Shown piece by piece: positions 12,982-25,629 of a DNA stretch of 64,000 bases (the first letter of the stretch is position 1; each line of letters opens with the position of its first letter). The DNA is taken from NCBI RefSeq assembly GCF_001447785.1, contig NW_015164664.1, positions 2,186,739 through 2,250,738 of the forward strand, written 5' to 3'. This stretch comes from Gekko japonicus (taxonomy: Eukaryota). Both the position numbers and the translations under genes were made by a program. The notes beneath the pieces were generated by a model. The model saw nothing but the letters and a program-made list of their open reading frames with translations, was not told the DNA's origin and ran no database searches.

Positions 12982-13546
12982 CAAAAAGATTCTGGAAATG
13001 AGTACATGAAATAATGCAAAAAATAATAAGATCTAATGTTCCTTTTACTCCAGAGACACTGTTACTGAATATATTTCTGAAAGATTTTGATAAAACAGAC
13101 AGGTATTTGATTGTTCACTTTTCGACAGCTGCAAGAACTTTATATGCTAAATACTGGAAAACAACGGAGACTCCAATGAAACAAGAATTTGTGAATAAAC
13201 TGTTTGAAACGGCTGAGAATGATAAACTGACATTAGAGATGAGAGCTGGAACTGAATGGACTTTTCAGAACACTTGGAAGAGATTTTATGACTGATATAA
13301 CATAAGCGTAATAACTTGATTTGTGGAAATTTGAGAACACAGAAAAGGGAAAGCCAGTAAGATAGATAAGGGGATAGAAAATTAACAAATAGTTAATCGA
13401 AGATAGAATATGAAATATAAGCCTCTCGTTGTATATTTTGTGTTTGTTAGTTGTAGGTAGGTGTTTGTCTGTTGCTATGTATGTTTGCAGTTTATAATGG
13501 GAAAAATCAATAAAAATGTACGCTTGGGTACTTATAAAAAAGAGAG
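12982..13546 (+). mobile_element. 5'-truncated L1 (ORF2 C-terminus + 3' UTR) inserted into a SINE head
   Basis: ORF 13014-13295 has FW..V...PETLLL...AAR..YAKYWK...W-type L1 C-terminal motifs. AATAAA and A-rich tail; 15-bp TSD agagtacggact(c/t)ta (12967-12981 / 13547-13561). Confidence 0.85.
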
Positions 13547-14735
13547 AGAGTACGGACTTTAAATCTGGGANNNNNNNNNNNNNNNNNNNNNNNNNNNNNN
13601 NNNNNNNNNNNNNNNNNNNNNNNNNNNNNNNNNGCCTAAACTAATATATGTGACAGTGTGGGACAGTTAAAGCTTATAAAATAGAGAAGAAATACATGCT
13701 AGTGAAGGGTGGCTCAGTCACTGAGGGGAACTAAAAATATTTTTTGGCAGGAAAATCTGCCCGGGAGGAGTGGGGGAGAGTCAGGGGTCTGTCATAGCCC
13801 CCCTTGTTGTTGTGCTGCTTGCTCAGTTTAGAAGCCATGACAAACCCCTTCCCTATCAGTGCAAGAAGCACAGTCAGGTGCCAAATGGATCTTCTCTGCT
13901 TCAAACAGCATTGGCATCTTTAATGATGCTGGCACTGGAACCCAGCTGGAGGGCAGACTGATGACATGTGAGCCAGGACGGAGCATCTGCTATGTGCAGG
14001 TTCTTCCCGGCAAGCTTCTTGAGTGTGGGACAACTGCAGCAGGGCAGGAGATCTGCTCACCTTGTCTTCTGACAGTTTATGCTTCCTGGTTTGGGCTTCA
14101 GTGCTGTGGCTCTCATGTGCCCACAGATCAGAGTTCTGTGAGTACACATCTGCCATGCATCATTTACACTGTAAAGCAAAGTGATCAGCCTCATTCTGCC
14201 AGCAGGAGCTTGGCAGAGATCCCAAGTTTGACGTCATCAATGACTGAACTCTCTTTTAATGGAAAGAAATATCACACATCTTCCGACTAACCCATCACAG
14301 AACAAGGCTATGTTTGGAGGCTTTGTGATCAAGAAAACCAAAATCCAGTTGTACATCTTGATTGCCAAATGATAATTGCCCGAACTGGAGGGGGAATAAA
14401 GAAGAGTACTCCTTCAAAACACCAGCCCAGACTCTGCCAGAGGCAAAGTGACCATTATGGCCCCCAGGGAAAGTCCTGGGGGGCTGATGGCCAGGAGGAC
14501 TGCCCTGCCTCCAAGGGCCATGCCAGCCACTGGGAGGGGGCATGGGAAACACTGTCCTGCCCCACATTAAAGTTGGAAGCCCCCACCAGCTGGTGACACA
14601 AGGTAGACAGGTGCAAGCGAACAGGAGCTGCAGCCAGCCTGATCCTTCCTGCTCCATCTGTTGGGGGCAGGACCATTTCAGCCTCCCAGCCACCCCTGCT
14701 CTGAGCCCAACCTTACCTCATCATTCAATCAATAT

Positions 14736-15256
14736 AAGGTTGCCAACCTCCAGGAAATACTCTGCTATTACAATTAATCTCCAGATGACCAAGATCAGTT
14801 CCCTTGGAGAAAATGGCTGCTTTGGAGGGTGGACTCTATGCAGGCCCATAGCTACGGTGGGGCATTTCAGGGCCTGGCCCCCCAACTTCCTGCCAAGACC
14901 CCCTGACTTCCATCCAGCCCTCGTCCCCCTCCCCAGGCTCTCTGGGCCGCCCGGACGACCAACTCTCTGAGCCGCCCAGAGGATTCCCCACTGTCTCCCC
15001 TTCCCCAAGCACAGCTTGTTTCCCCGTGTAGGCAGGCAGAGTGCAAGGGCTGCAAAAGTGAGTTTTTAAAATTATTTTATTTTGTGACGTCAGTGCCTCC
15101 TGACTTATTTAAAGGTCCCCCGAATTATAAAGTCCCGGCTATGGGCCTATGGCATTATAGCCTGCTGAGGTCTTGCCCCTCCCCAAATCCCACCCTCCCT
15201 TGGCTCCAGCCCCACAATGTTTCCAGGTATTTTCCAACCCGGAACTGGCAACCCTA
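14736..15256. mobile_element. TAGGGTTGCCA-TIR non-autonomous DNA element with a nested hAT-like insert (14841-15148)
   Basis: aaggttgccaac...tggcaacccta termini; nested TIRs caggcccatagc/gctatgggcct. Related copies at ~15547-15723, 21798-21980, 51703-51920, 59262-59435, 63657-63834. Confidence 0.65.
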
Positions 15257-15731
15257 GTTCAAGAGGCATTACAATAATACTTAGAAAGCATTTCCAGTTA
15301 AGACTAGATAAGATGATAAATCTGTCCTTCTCTCCTTATAAAGAAATCAGCAGTTAGACATGTTTTTCAGGATAAAGACTCCAGTGAGGGGAAGCATTTT
15401 GTACAACCTTCCTTCCTCCTGTGAACTCATCCTCTTGGGATCATTCCTTGGCCCTCACACCCTGGACAGCCCAAGCACAACACAGGCAGAGGACAAGCCA
15501 GGACATCAAGCTGCCTTGTCTGGGAAGGAATGAGAACTGTGGCCTTTCAGGTTGCCACCTCCAGGTTGGGAAAATCCTGCAGATTTGGGGGTGGAGCCTG
15601 GGGAGGGCAGAATATCCCATGGCATCCACCTTCCAAAGTTCTCCAGGAGCGTTGATCTCTGTCATTTCGAGATCAGGTGTAATTCTGTGAGATCTCCGGG
15701 CCCCACCTGGAGGTTGGCAACCGGTGTCAAT

Positions 15732-15937
15732 CAATGTTCCCTCTAAGCTGCGGGGTCTTGTGAGCAAAAAATCAGCTTTGTGAGATACTGGCATTAAAGC
15801 TGTGAGCGAGCGATTTGGCTGTTGCATAAATCAGTTTGCTTTGGAGCCATCCTTTCTGAGCAAAGACAAAAATGTGTGAGCCAGAGGCTAAAAAACTGTG
15901 AGCTAGCTCACACTAACTCAGCTTAGAGGGAGCATTG
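15732..15937. mobile_element. hAT MITE, inverted copy of 11965-12168
   Basis: Same TIRs; perfect TSD gtgtcaat. Confidence 0.9.
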
Positions 15938-16599
15938 GTGTCAATGGTTTGAACCTTTAGCAAGGACCTGAGTAGCCTATCAGCAAATCACCTGTGCTGC
16001 AGCAAATAGCGGTGGAACATCCTATGCTGGCTCTGTTCCAGAACCTACTCAACTTCCTTCCCGAACTCTTTGTCCTGGTTTTCCTGGTGCTCACTGCCTG
16101 TCTCTTGTCCCAGCCTCCTGGCAGAGGACATGGGTTAATCCCTGACTGTAGATCTGCTGCTGAGCCTCCTGTATCTTGATTCCCCTTGCCATTGGCCTGA
16201 ACATCAACGAAGTTGCTTCCCCATGTGGGGTCTCAACCAAGCCCAAAACAGGATCCTCTCCAGCCTATGAAGTTCACCCCTTGGAACTGCTCTTCCACAA
16301 CGAAGGGGCTGTACCCAGAGTGTATCATATAATGTAGGTCTACTACTGCAGGTACTCTGTGACAGCACACATCCATCTTGAACCATGTCATTTTGTCTCA
16401 GAAGTCCTTAAACTTGGGACTACTGCTCCTTATAGGACCACACCAAGTGGGCAAAGTTTGCTTTCCAGCTCCCAGCTAGGCTTCCAGTGTAGGGTCATTC
16501 CTTGGCTTGGAAGAGCAGCCATTGCTGGAATTTTCCCCGCTGACTCCGGAGGTCAAAGAACCAAAATTGTCACAGGAATAATGAACCAATCAGCATGCA

Positions 16600-16810
16600 A
16601 GGGACTGTGGCTCAGTGGAAGAGCTTCTGCTTTGCATGCAGATGGTCCCAAGTTTAATCCCTGGCATCTCCAGTTTAGAAAAAGGATCAGGTAGTAGGTG
16701 ATATGGAAGACCCCTACCTGAGACCTTGGAGAGCTGCTGTCAGTCAGAGTAGACAATCCTGACAGTGATAGACCAATGGTCTGATTTAGTATAAGGCAGT
16801 TTTGTGTGAG
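16600..16810 (+). mobile_element. tRNA-derived SINE (Squam2-like)
   Basis: Full head-to-tail copy. Relatives at ~4000-4150(-), 20918-21550(-), 33890-34095(-), 37835-37995(+), 42930-43130(+), 47738-47935(+). Confidence 0.8.
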
Positions 16811-17131
16811 CAGGTTGTGATAGCACTTTTTATATCATACATGAATCAGAATGAGGATACTAGAAAGTTAGCACCCTTTTCAAGAAAGAAACCCCTCCTT
16901 GCTCAAGTTGCCACTGAATTTTGAGAACCTGTGTGGTGTAATGGCTATTGTTAAAAGGCGATCTAGAATACCTGGGTTGGAATCCCCACTCTGCCATGGA
17001 AGCTCACTGGATAACTCTGGGCTGGTCCCTCTCTCTCAGCCTAATTTACCTCACAGAGTTGTTATTGTGAGGACAAAATATGGGGTGGAGAATAATGTTG
17101 TAAGCTGCTTACAACACTAATTACTAGCTAA

Positions 17132-18289
17132 TTAATAGGAAACAGAGAGTGAGTATAAATGGGAAATTTTCTCAGTGGAGGGTGGTAAGCAGTGGGGTAC
17201 CACAGGGATCAGTACTGGGTCCGATGCTTTTTAACTTGTTCATTAATGTTTTGGAGTTGGGAGAAAGCAGTGAAGTGGCTAAATTTGCGGATGACACAAA
17301 ATTGTTCAGGGTGGTGACAACCAGGGAGGATTGTGAGGCACTCCAAAGGGATGTGTCGAGGATGGGTGAGTAGGTGTCAACATGGCAAATGGGGTTCAGT
17401 GTGGCCAAGTGCAAAGTGATGCACATTGGGTCCAAAAATCCTAACTATAAAGATACATTGATGGGGTCCGAACTGGCAGAAACTGACAAAGAGAGAGATC
17501 TTGGAGTCATAGTAGATAACTCAATGAAAATGTCGAGACAGTGTGCAATAAAAAAAGGCCAACGCTATGCTGGTGATTAATAGGAAGGGATTTGAAAATA
17601 AATCAGTCATTATCATAATGCCCCTGTATAAATCGATGGTGTGACCTCATTTGGAATACTGTGTGCAATTCTGGTCACCGCAACTCAGAAAGGATATTAT
17701 AGCATTGGAAAAAGTGCAGAAAAGGGCAACTAGAATGATAAAAGGGTTGGAACACTTCCCTATAAAGACAGGTTAAAGCACTTGGAGCTCTTTAGCTTGG
17801 AGAAATGACGACGGAGGGGTGATATGATCGAGGTTTACAAGATTATGCAGGTTGAGAAAGAAGTACTTTTCTCCCTTTCTCAAAGTGCAAGAACCCGTGG
17901 GCACTCAATGAAATTGCTGAGCAGTTGGGTTAGAACAGATAAAAGGAAGTACTTCTTCACCCAAAGAGTGATTAACACATGGAATTCACTGCCACAGGAG
18001 GTGGCGGCGGCTACAAGCATGGACAGCTTCAAGAGGGAATTGGATAAACATATGGAGCAGAGGTCCATCAGTGGCTATTAGCCACAAAGTATAGATAGGA
18101 ACTCTATCGGTCTGGGGCAAGTGATGCACTGTATTCTTGGTGCTGGGGGGGCAACAGTGGGAGGGGTTCTAGTGTCCTGGCCCCACTGATGGACCTCCTG
18201 ATGGCACCTGGTATCTTTGGCCACTGTGTGACAGAGTGTTGGACTGGATGGGCCATTGGCCTGATCCAACATTGGCTTCTCTTATGTTC
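17132..18289 (+). mobile_element. CR1 LINE, 5'-truncated (RT C-terminus and 3' UTR)
   Basis: SGVPQGSVLGPMLFNLFIN...KFADDTKL RT motifs and RTRGH..KL...FF..RVIN.WNSLP; stops and frameshifts present; tail cttatgttc. Confidence 0.95.
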
Positions 18290-19927
18290 ATTTGGGTTCC
18301 GATAAATTGTATTTTTGTATTGTAAATTCTGTACTGTTTGGAGCATGTTATTCTTAATCTCGAGATCCACCTTCATTGTACTGTTTGTTGTTTGTATAGT
18401 ATTGTCCTTATTTGCATTGATTTTGAATAGTTTTGAATTGTTTGATCCGCCTTGAGGCTGAGAACAGCATTCTGTAAATGAAGTAACTAAATAAACCTCT
18501 TGATGAGTAAACAAACTTTGAAATGGCTGAACATGAGCAACAGGCAACAGAACTGGCCCTCTCCTTCACACACTTCTGGATGGAGTTTGAAGATGTTTAG
18601 ATCATATTTCTGAATGCTACTTTTTAAAAACTATAGATGTGACTTGTGGCTTTGCGGCTCTGCTTTGTATCCCTTTATGCTCACTATGCACAGCCAAGTA
18701 GTGAGTCCATATAGACTGTTGCAAAACTGTTTTCTATTCATGCTAGATTCTTTAAAGCTAAAGGGATTGTGGCAAAATGTTAACATTTGTTATTTTTAGT
18801 TGCATTTCAAAAACAAGCACCACTGCAATGGTAACTTACAAAAAAGTGATTAGACAACCGGAAGAGCAAACCTATAATCCTGCTATGCCAGCAGCCCACT
18901 AACACCAGCATAGGCAAAGCTGGAATCCTGTGCTCTCTTGGCAGAAAGATAACACAGAGGGAAACTATTACTTTTTGCAGTAGAAAAGCATAGCAACACC
19001 ACTGAAATCTATGGCGACACCAAAACCCACCAATCATAGAATGTCATGCTGGTGACACCCCTCTATTCCATACATGGAAGGAGCCAATCCAGACAGAGCC
19101 ACACCAGCTTACCCATGATGTTTCTATGCCCCACTGCACGCATATGAAGCATAACACAGAAGACGCAAATGCAATGCAGTCCCCTTCTGCTGTGTGAATC
19201 GCTGTGGCATGTCCATTAGGAGCCCTGTAATTACCCATACTCCAAGGATCCCTGCCAAGTGGGAATCAAATCCCCTTCTGCTGCACAGGCTGTAAACAGC
19301 TGTTCTCTTGATGAGAGGACACATGTGGAAGGGAGGGATGGACTGTCCAAGCATCTCATCCTGCCTATTCCAGAGCTCACTTCAGAGTGAGAACCCCCAC
19401 AGGAAGAACCCCGGGCCTCCCCAGGATGTGGGATCAAGTCTCACCTGGAAATCCAGTGTGCTCCTAGAAGGGGAAGGAGGTTTCTGAAAGGCAGGAGGAG
19501 CAGAGACACTAGGACAAGATAAGAGACAAATGCACATTCATACAAACTAATTCTGCCATTTCCCCAACAGATGGAAGAAAACACAGAGATACCAATTCAA
19601 ATCCTATTAACACACAAACAGAGAGAGGAAAGGGAGAGAGATCCCCCCCCCTCTTTTACTCAGGGCAGTAAAGTAGTCCAACAGAGCTCAGGATATCAGG
19701 ATAAGCCCCACTGTTCCCCCACCCTGCCCCTGACAGCATACATTTGCGACCCCTACTCTGATAGAAATATATGAACATTGCCTCATAATCAGCCATGACT
19801 CAGTGTTATAATTCACATTATGCTTCCTCTTCCAGAAAGTTAAGGCCATTTTCATTCAGAGAAGCTTCCTTGCATAGCTGCTTCATGCAGCATTACAAAC
19901 AATGTGATTCTGACCACTAGAATGCAT

Positions 19928-20258
19928 CCAATGAAGCTGATGGGCAGTAGGTTCAGGACGGACAAAAGGAAATACTAATTTACACAGAGAGTGATTAAAA
20001 TGTGGAATTCACTGCCAGAGGATGTAGTGATGGCCACAGGAAGAAACAGCTTTAAAAGGGGATTAGATAGATTCATGGAGGATAAGTCTATCAATGGCAG
20101 CTAGCCATGGTAACTGAGGGGAACCTCTACATTCTCTGAATCCCAGAGCGAGGAAGCAACACAGAGAGGGGAGGCCTCTCTGCCCTGTACTTGGCCACCT
20201 AGAGGAACAGGACTATTGGTCTGATCCAACAGGGCTCTTCTTACGTGCTTATGATCTT
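19928..20258 (+). mobile_element. CR1 3' fragment
   Basis: aatgaagctgatgggcagtaggttcaggacggacaaaagg...tggaattcactgcca...cttacgtgcttatg tail. Confidence 0.85.
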
Positions 20259-20939
20259 AATGCCCTGTCCTAGGTTTTGTGTTTTTTTAACCCCTTCCTC
20301 AATCAAAAGCCTTTCCCCTATTTTTCTAAAGTTTAACTATAATTAATGTTACAGCCATGATTAAATTCAGCTCCCCCGACCCCTGTCTTTCTTAAGAATA
20401 CTACTCCTGGTAGCCCCAAAAAGTATTAATAAAGTGGTTCTTGGTACAGAATATTCAATTATAGCACTAATTATATTTAGAGCCCTTCTAAAGAAATCAC
20501 ATTCATGATTTATAAGGTAAAAAGCCTCCTATTCACAGCCCCTTCGACAATTTCCTCTGCTGTCACAAGAAGCCTTCTCTAATTCCACAGGGGTCGGGCG
20601 CCATCAGAAAAGTAATCTTTTGCTGCATGAAAAAGAAGGTCCATTATCCCACTTATCCTTCAATGGAATAAATATCTTTTAAAGGAACATAAAATCTAAC
20701 AGAGGAAAGAATTCCATCACAGATTGTGATGACCACTTATATTTGATGAACAAATTTCTACACAAAGGAAGGAACAAATTCTTGAAGAGAGATCTAAAGT
20801 TCTCACTATCATCCTGTTCACTCACTCCACATACACGCCAGCTCTGCTCCATTTCTAACCAGCACACCGTTCTGCTTGGCATGGGGAAGTGGGTGGACCC
20901 ACTGACTCATACACAAACCTGCCTTATACTGAATCAGAC

Positions 20940-21359
20940 CAGAGGTCATTTCCTGCAGGAGCGCTTAGGAGCAGAGCTCCGGAAGTAAAGAGCCCAGGGG
21001 GCGGGCACATGCAACAAGCCGCACCCCCTGCTCCCAGCAGCCCTCAGTCAGAGCACGAAGCAGCCAGGTAAGCTGCAGAGCTCCCCCCGCCCCCCTGGTC
21101 CTAAACAGTCCAGTGGCACCTTTAAGACCAAGTTTTATTCAGGTACAAGCTCTCCCTCCTCTGCAAGGGCAGATCTGCACGTTCTCCCCCCCACCCAATA
21201 GCTAGCAATCCAAAACAGTCCAATGGAGCCTGAGTGGTGGGTGTTACCTTCTGACACACTTCTGGTGATGTCAGGGGGGTGGTGGCATATGCAAATATGT
21301 TATGCTAATGAGTTATGCTAATGAGCCCCTGCACCTCTTTTTCTACAAAATGACCCCTG
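20940..21359. mobile_element. Non-autonomous hAT element, copy C (same termini as A/B, inverted, different interior)
   Basis: TIRs cagaggtcattt / aaatgacccctg; perfect TSD aatcagac; splits a SINE. Confidence 0.85.
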
Positions 21360-22263
21360 AATCAGACCATTGGTCCATCAAGGTCAATATTGTCTACTTA
21401 CAGTCGATATTGTCTAGTCAGACTGACAGCAGCTCTCAGGCATTTTTCACATCACCTCCTATCTGGCCCTTTTAACTGTGGCTGCCAGGGACTGAACCTG
21501 GGACCTTCTTGTATTCAAAACAGATGCTCTGCCATTGAGTCACAGCCCTCCCATTCCCCACCCAACCCTCATCTCGTGCAAGGAAGGCACACCTTCTCAC
21601 ATGACCTCTTGGCATTACCCATATATATAATGCAATTTTTTAATTCAGAATATTTCTGTACTGCCTCTTAAGGAGGTTTTGGAGGCAGTGAATGGACAAA
21701 AAGGTTTCCGTAAAAATTATCTAATTCATAATATAGATCATGCGGTACAAAGCTAAATATAAAACTGCAGTACAAAGCCAAAAGACTGGAACAGGTAGGA
21801 GGATTGCCAACTTCTGGAGGGAAAAAATGGCCTGTCCCTTTAATAGAGACATAATGGGATGGCATATACCAGGTTATGTTATTTAGGTCCATGCCATGAA
21901 AAGCTTCAGCTGCCCATTTCCACAAACTACACCTCTGTTAAAGGGACTAGGCATTTTTTCTCCAGGCCTGTTGGCAACCATATCAGTGGAGTGATAAATG
22001 TGGCATTGTTATCTCCTGGGGCAGAGTACATGAGAAAGATCCCAAGTTGCTTCTCCAGCATCTCCAGTGAAAAAGATCTTGGGCAGCAGGGCCAGGAAGA
22101 ACCATTCTTTTCCTGGGAAGTCAAAGAAGACACTCATACTGGGGTAGATGGATCAGTGATTTGGTTCTCAGTGCAATCTTAAGAACACTTTCCTGGAAGT
22201 AAGCCCCAATGCATAAACCTGTGTGAGTAGACCTGCTTGGGGTTGCTCCCTCAGTGTGTCTAT

Positions 22264-22760
22264 GGCCCCGGTCATACGGGCCGGAAAATGCGGGGGGGGG
22301 GGGTGGTTGTTTGCCCCGGGGCAAAATAATGTGCGGTTGCACGAGCAGACGTCCCGTGGAGGTCCCGTGGTTAGGGGGAGGTGCCGATCACAGGACACTC
22401 CTGCGGCGCTGCAAAGAAGCAGGGCAAACAGGGTTGTGGGTTTTTTGTTAAACTAAAGTGTGCGCATGCTCCATTGGGTGCTTGTGCGCATCCGTGGAGA
22501 CTTGGGGGGGGACCTTTTTGCGAGGGGACATGGGCGAGCACCGGAACTACCACCGGAAACGCGATCAGACGCCCGCCCATGCCCCGCAGTTTCCGGAAAC
22601 TAGTACCTCGGAGGTACTAGTTTTTTACAGCGCATCTTCGGAGTGAAGCCTCGGGTGAGCCACGGGAGCTCTACGTTTCCCAGATGTGGCGGTGAGATCG
22701 CGCCCGGAAAATCCACGTATCTTCTGTCTCTCTAGCATGCCTAATGCTGTGACCACAGCC
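22264..22760. mobile_element. PIF/Harbinger-type MITE, copy 1
   Basis: GGC...GCC TIRs, 3-bp TSD TAT, internal hairpin aaactagtacctcggaggtactagttt. Confidence 0.75.
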
Positions 22761-22796
22761 TATGTAAGATAATTTACAAGGCAATCTTAAGAAGAG

Positions 22797-23026
22797 TTGT
22801 TGTTGTTGTTCAGTCGCACAGTTGAGTCCGACTCCCTGCAACCCCATGGACCACATCACGCCAGGTCCTCCTGTCCTCCACCATACCCTGGAGTGTGCTC
22901 AACTTCATGTTCATTGCATCAATAACACTGTCTAACCATCTCATCCTTTGCTGTCCCCTTCTTCTTTTACCTTCGATCTTTCCCAGCATCAGAGTCTTTT
23001 CCAGTGAGTGCTCCCTTCTCATTTGG
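22797..23026 (-). mobile_element. RTE-BovB LINE 3' end
   Basis: SLEKTLMLGKIEGKRRRGQQRMRWLD...VHGV...R.QL C-terminus and (CAA)n tail. Confidence 0.92.
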
Positions 23027-25316
23027 AGTTAGATCCTTCTAAACCTACTGACATCAATGGGTTTAGAAAGGTGTGACTACCCAGGATTTCACTGGTAGGC
23101 TACAGTCTTAAAGACACATTCCTGGGAGTAAGATCCATTGAATAACATAGAAATGATTTCTGAGTAGACCTGATTAGGCATAATCCCCTATATCGATACC
23201 TTAGATCACAGCTGCTTACAGTACTTAAAATCATAACAAAATCTCCCCAAATCACAGAATTCACGTGAACACATGAGGCTAGTAGCCTTTAAATATCTAC
23301 TGTCAAAGACTGGTAGTCTTTGGGGGGGGGGGGGAGTAAACTAAAGCAGGAAATGTTGTACTCAGCAAATTACACCAGACAGGTCAATGAAAATATTTCT
23401 GTAGGTAGGGCTGCAAAACTTTGATTCATGAAGTTATTATATTTATTCAGTGAGATATCTTTGTACAAATGTAAACTTGAATAATGAAGGTAGATTTTGC
23501 AGTTGAATGTATACTGGGTAGCAAGTGCAGGCTTTTCTTCTGCATCTCTTAAAGAAAGCTTTTGTGAAAGCCTTTATTAAAGGAAGCCAGATAGATTTCT
23601 TTTTTCTTGGGGCAAGTATAAAATGTGCTATCAGAAAGATGTTGATTTCATCCCAATCTTTTTTGGACATTGTAGACATATGAAGACCTACACTCTTAAA
23701 TTAGAAGTAAAGAAAAATAGTTTTGAGGTTTTGGTACCGATGCCTCTTCCAGGAATTAATCAGGGCTATTTATGAGACCATGTTCACCCTGCATACTACG
23801 AATCAGTTGATCACAGCTAGAAGCAAATGAGAACTGGAAGACATTTCAAACACTTGCTACTTGGCTTAATTCTGACTGCTATAGGATGGAAATGAATAAA
23901 TCTGTGTATGCAAGAAAGGACATGTCCCAAAAAAACAATTGTGACACCCTGGATATGCAGTTTCCTGTGTCTTGTTATCATAGTTTTTCCTCCACGACAA
24001 CTGTTTAAGATACTTAAAGCTCAAATAAAGAGAAAAATAGGGGAAAGCGTTTAGAAAAGGGGTCTCTTGGCTACAGCAAATGCTTTGCCTGCTCTTCAAA
24101 ACCACTTGGCATGAATAGCAATCAAAAGAGGAAGGTGAATTAACCTCGGCACTCACCTTATGTTCTAGCTGGGCATGGCTTTCAGTTCAACTTGGCCTAG
24201 GCCTCCAGAAGAATCATTGTGAGCAATCTGAAAAGCACACCTTTTGAATGCAGATCGATTGCTGCCCATTTGCCTGTATCTGGCTTGTGGTTGCGGAAAC
24301 CTGCTCTGAGTGGGCAGGATGCCGCGCTCAGGACTGCATGGTGGAACAGATGGACAGTCAGGTTAGAACCCTGGGCTAGCAGAGAAACCCAGTGGTGTCA
24401 AGTGAATCATCTGCAACAGCAGTTGATAGAGAGTCATTCTCCAAATGATGAAGCCGTTGATTAGTAAAGCAGCCAGCTAGTGGAGCTCAACATCCATGTG
24501 GCACAAGAAATTGACTAATGTCTTGACAGACAGGCAGCTGAGAGGGGAGAGCTGCTCCCCAAAACTTGGCTGCTTTCTTCAAAGATTTAGCTCCCCATCT
24601 GCCTCTTTGGCCTCATTACTTTTTGCCATGTGCAGTCAGAAATTTGCTAATCAAGACTGGATCCAAACTACAGCCATTTGAAGATATAGTAAATGTTCCC
24701 ATTCCAAAAAAATTATTTCAGCATTCAGGAGCAGTCAGAAACCTTGCAATCTGACAGTTATTCAAGCATCTTGCTGTTTGTTTTTTATTTCACAGGGCAG
24801 CAGAAGTGGCAGGGAGAGGAAAGAGGGAGTCAGCAGATATGTGCCAGATAGGGATGTCATCCAACCAGAACAGTTAGCCCCTTGCACCTAATGGGATTAT
24901 CCTGATTGGAGCCCTTTCTGTGCACAATATTACCGTAATTTGCTACTTTCTGCCAATAGCTACATTGTCCCACTGGGTTTAGGAGATCCTTCTGATTCTT
25001 ACATATGTTTGTATGAACTGTTTCATTTTCTGAGGTTATTCTGCTCAGGAAACAAAAGCTTTCCTTGCACATGCTATAAAGTAGGAGTCGAACATGGCAG
25101 GACAGGAGCAGGAGCTTGGCCACAGGTACATTCACCAACTCATCATGACAGGAAGCCCATTTACAGCAGGGGGCAGAAACAATGGCATTACTTGTACATG
25201 CTGCAGAGACTTGGGAAGAACAGAAGAAGATGCCAAGGTTTTGCCCCCACCCCAAGTGGTAAGAGGCCCACCTGTCCTGCAGACTAGGAGGGATGTGGAT
25301 ACAGGGAAATGCTTGA

Positions 25317-25505
25317 GCCAGTTTGGTGTAGTGGTTAGGAGCACGGACTCTAATCTGGGAGACCCAGGTTTGATTCCCCACTCCTCCACATGCAGCTGCT
25401 GGTGTGACCTTGGGTCAGTCATAAATTCTCTCTCAGCCCCACCTTCCTCACAGGGTGTCTGTTGTGGGGAGGGGAAGGAGGTTGTAAGCTGCTCTGAGAC
25501 TCCTT
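25317..25505 (+). mobile_element. Squam3-like SINE
   Basis: gccagtttggtgtagtggttaggagcacggactctaatctggg head. Further copies at 34222-34505(-), 36042-36320(+), 41282-41565(+), 50310-50540(+). Confidence 0.8.
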
Positions 25506-25544
25506 CATACATGACAGTGTAAAGCTGTCTGTCTCTCTCACACT

Positions 25545-25547
<3 letters not shown>

Positions 25548-25606
<59 letters not shown>
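25548..25606. repeat. (GA)n microsatellite
   Basis: Read directly. Other microsatellites: (CA)n ~2271-2288 and ~39403-39443; (TTTG)n ~44443-44470. Confidence 0.95.
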
Positions 25607-25608
<2 letters not shown>

Positions 25609-25629
25609 TGAGAGAAATCAGTGATAATA

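Larger units (their letters stand above)
11895..13796. mobile_element. Old solo LTR (Gypsy/ERV-like) carrying nested insertions
   Basis: Ends TGTGAC...GTCATA; flanks gctcc/gcccc (5-bp TSD, 1 mismatch). Internal ATTGG boxes followed by GAAATAAAA. Confidence 0.5.
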
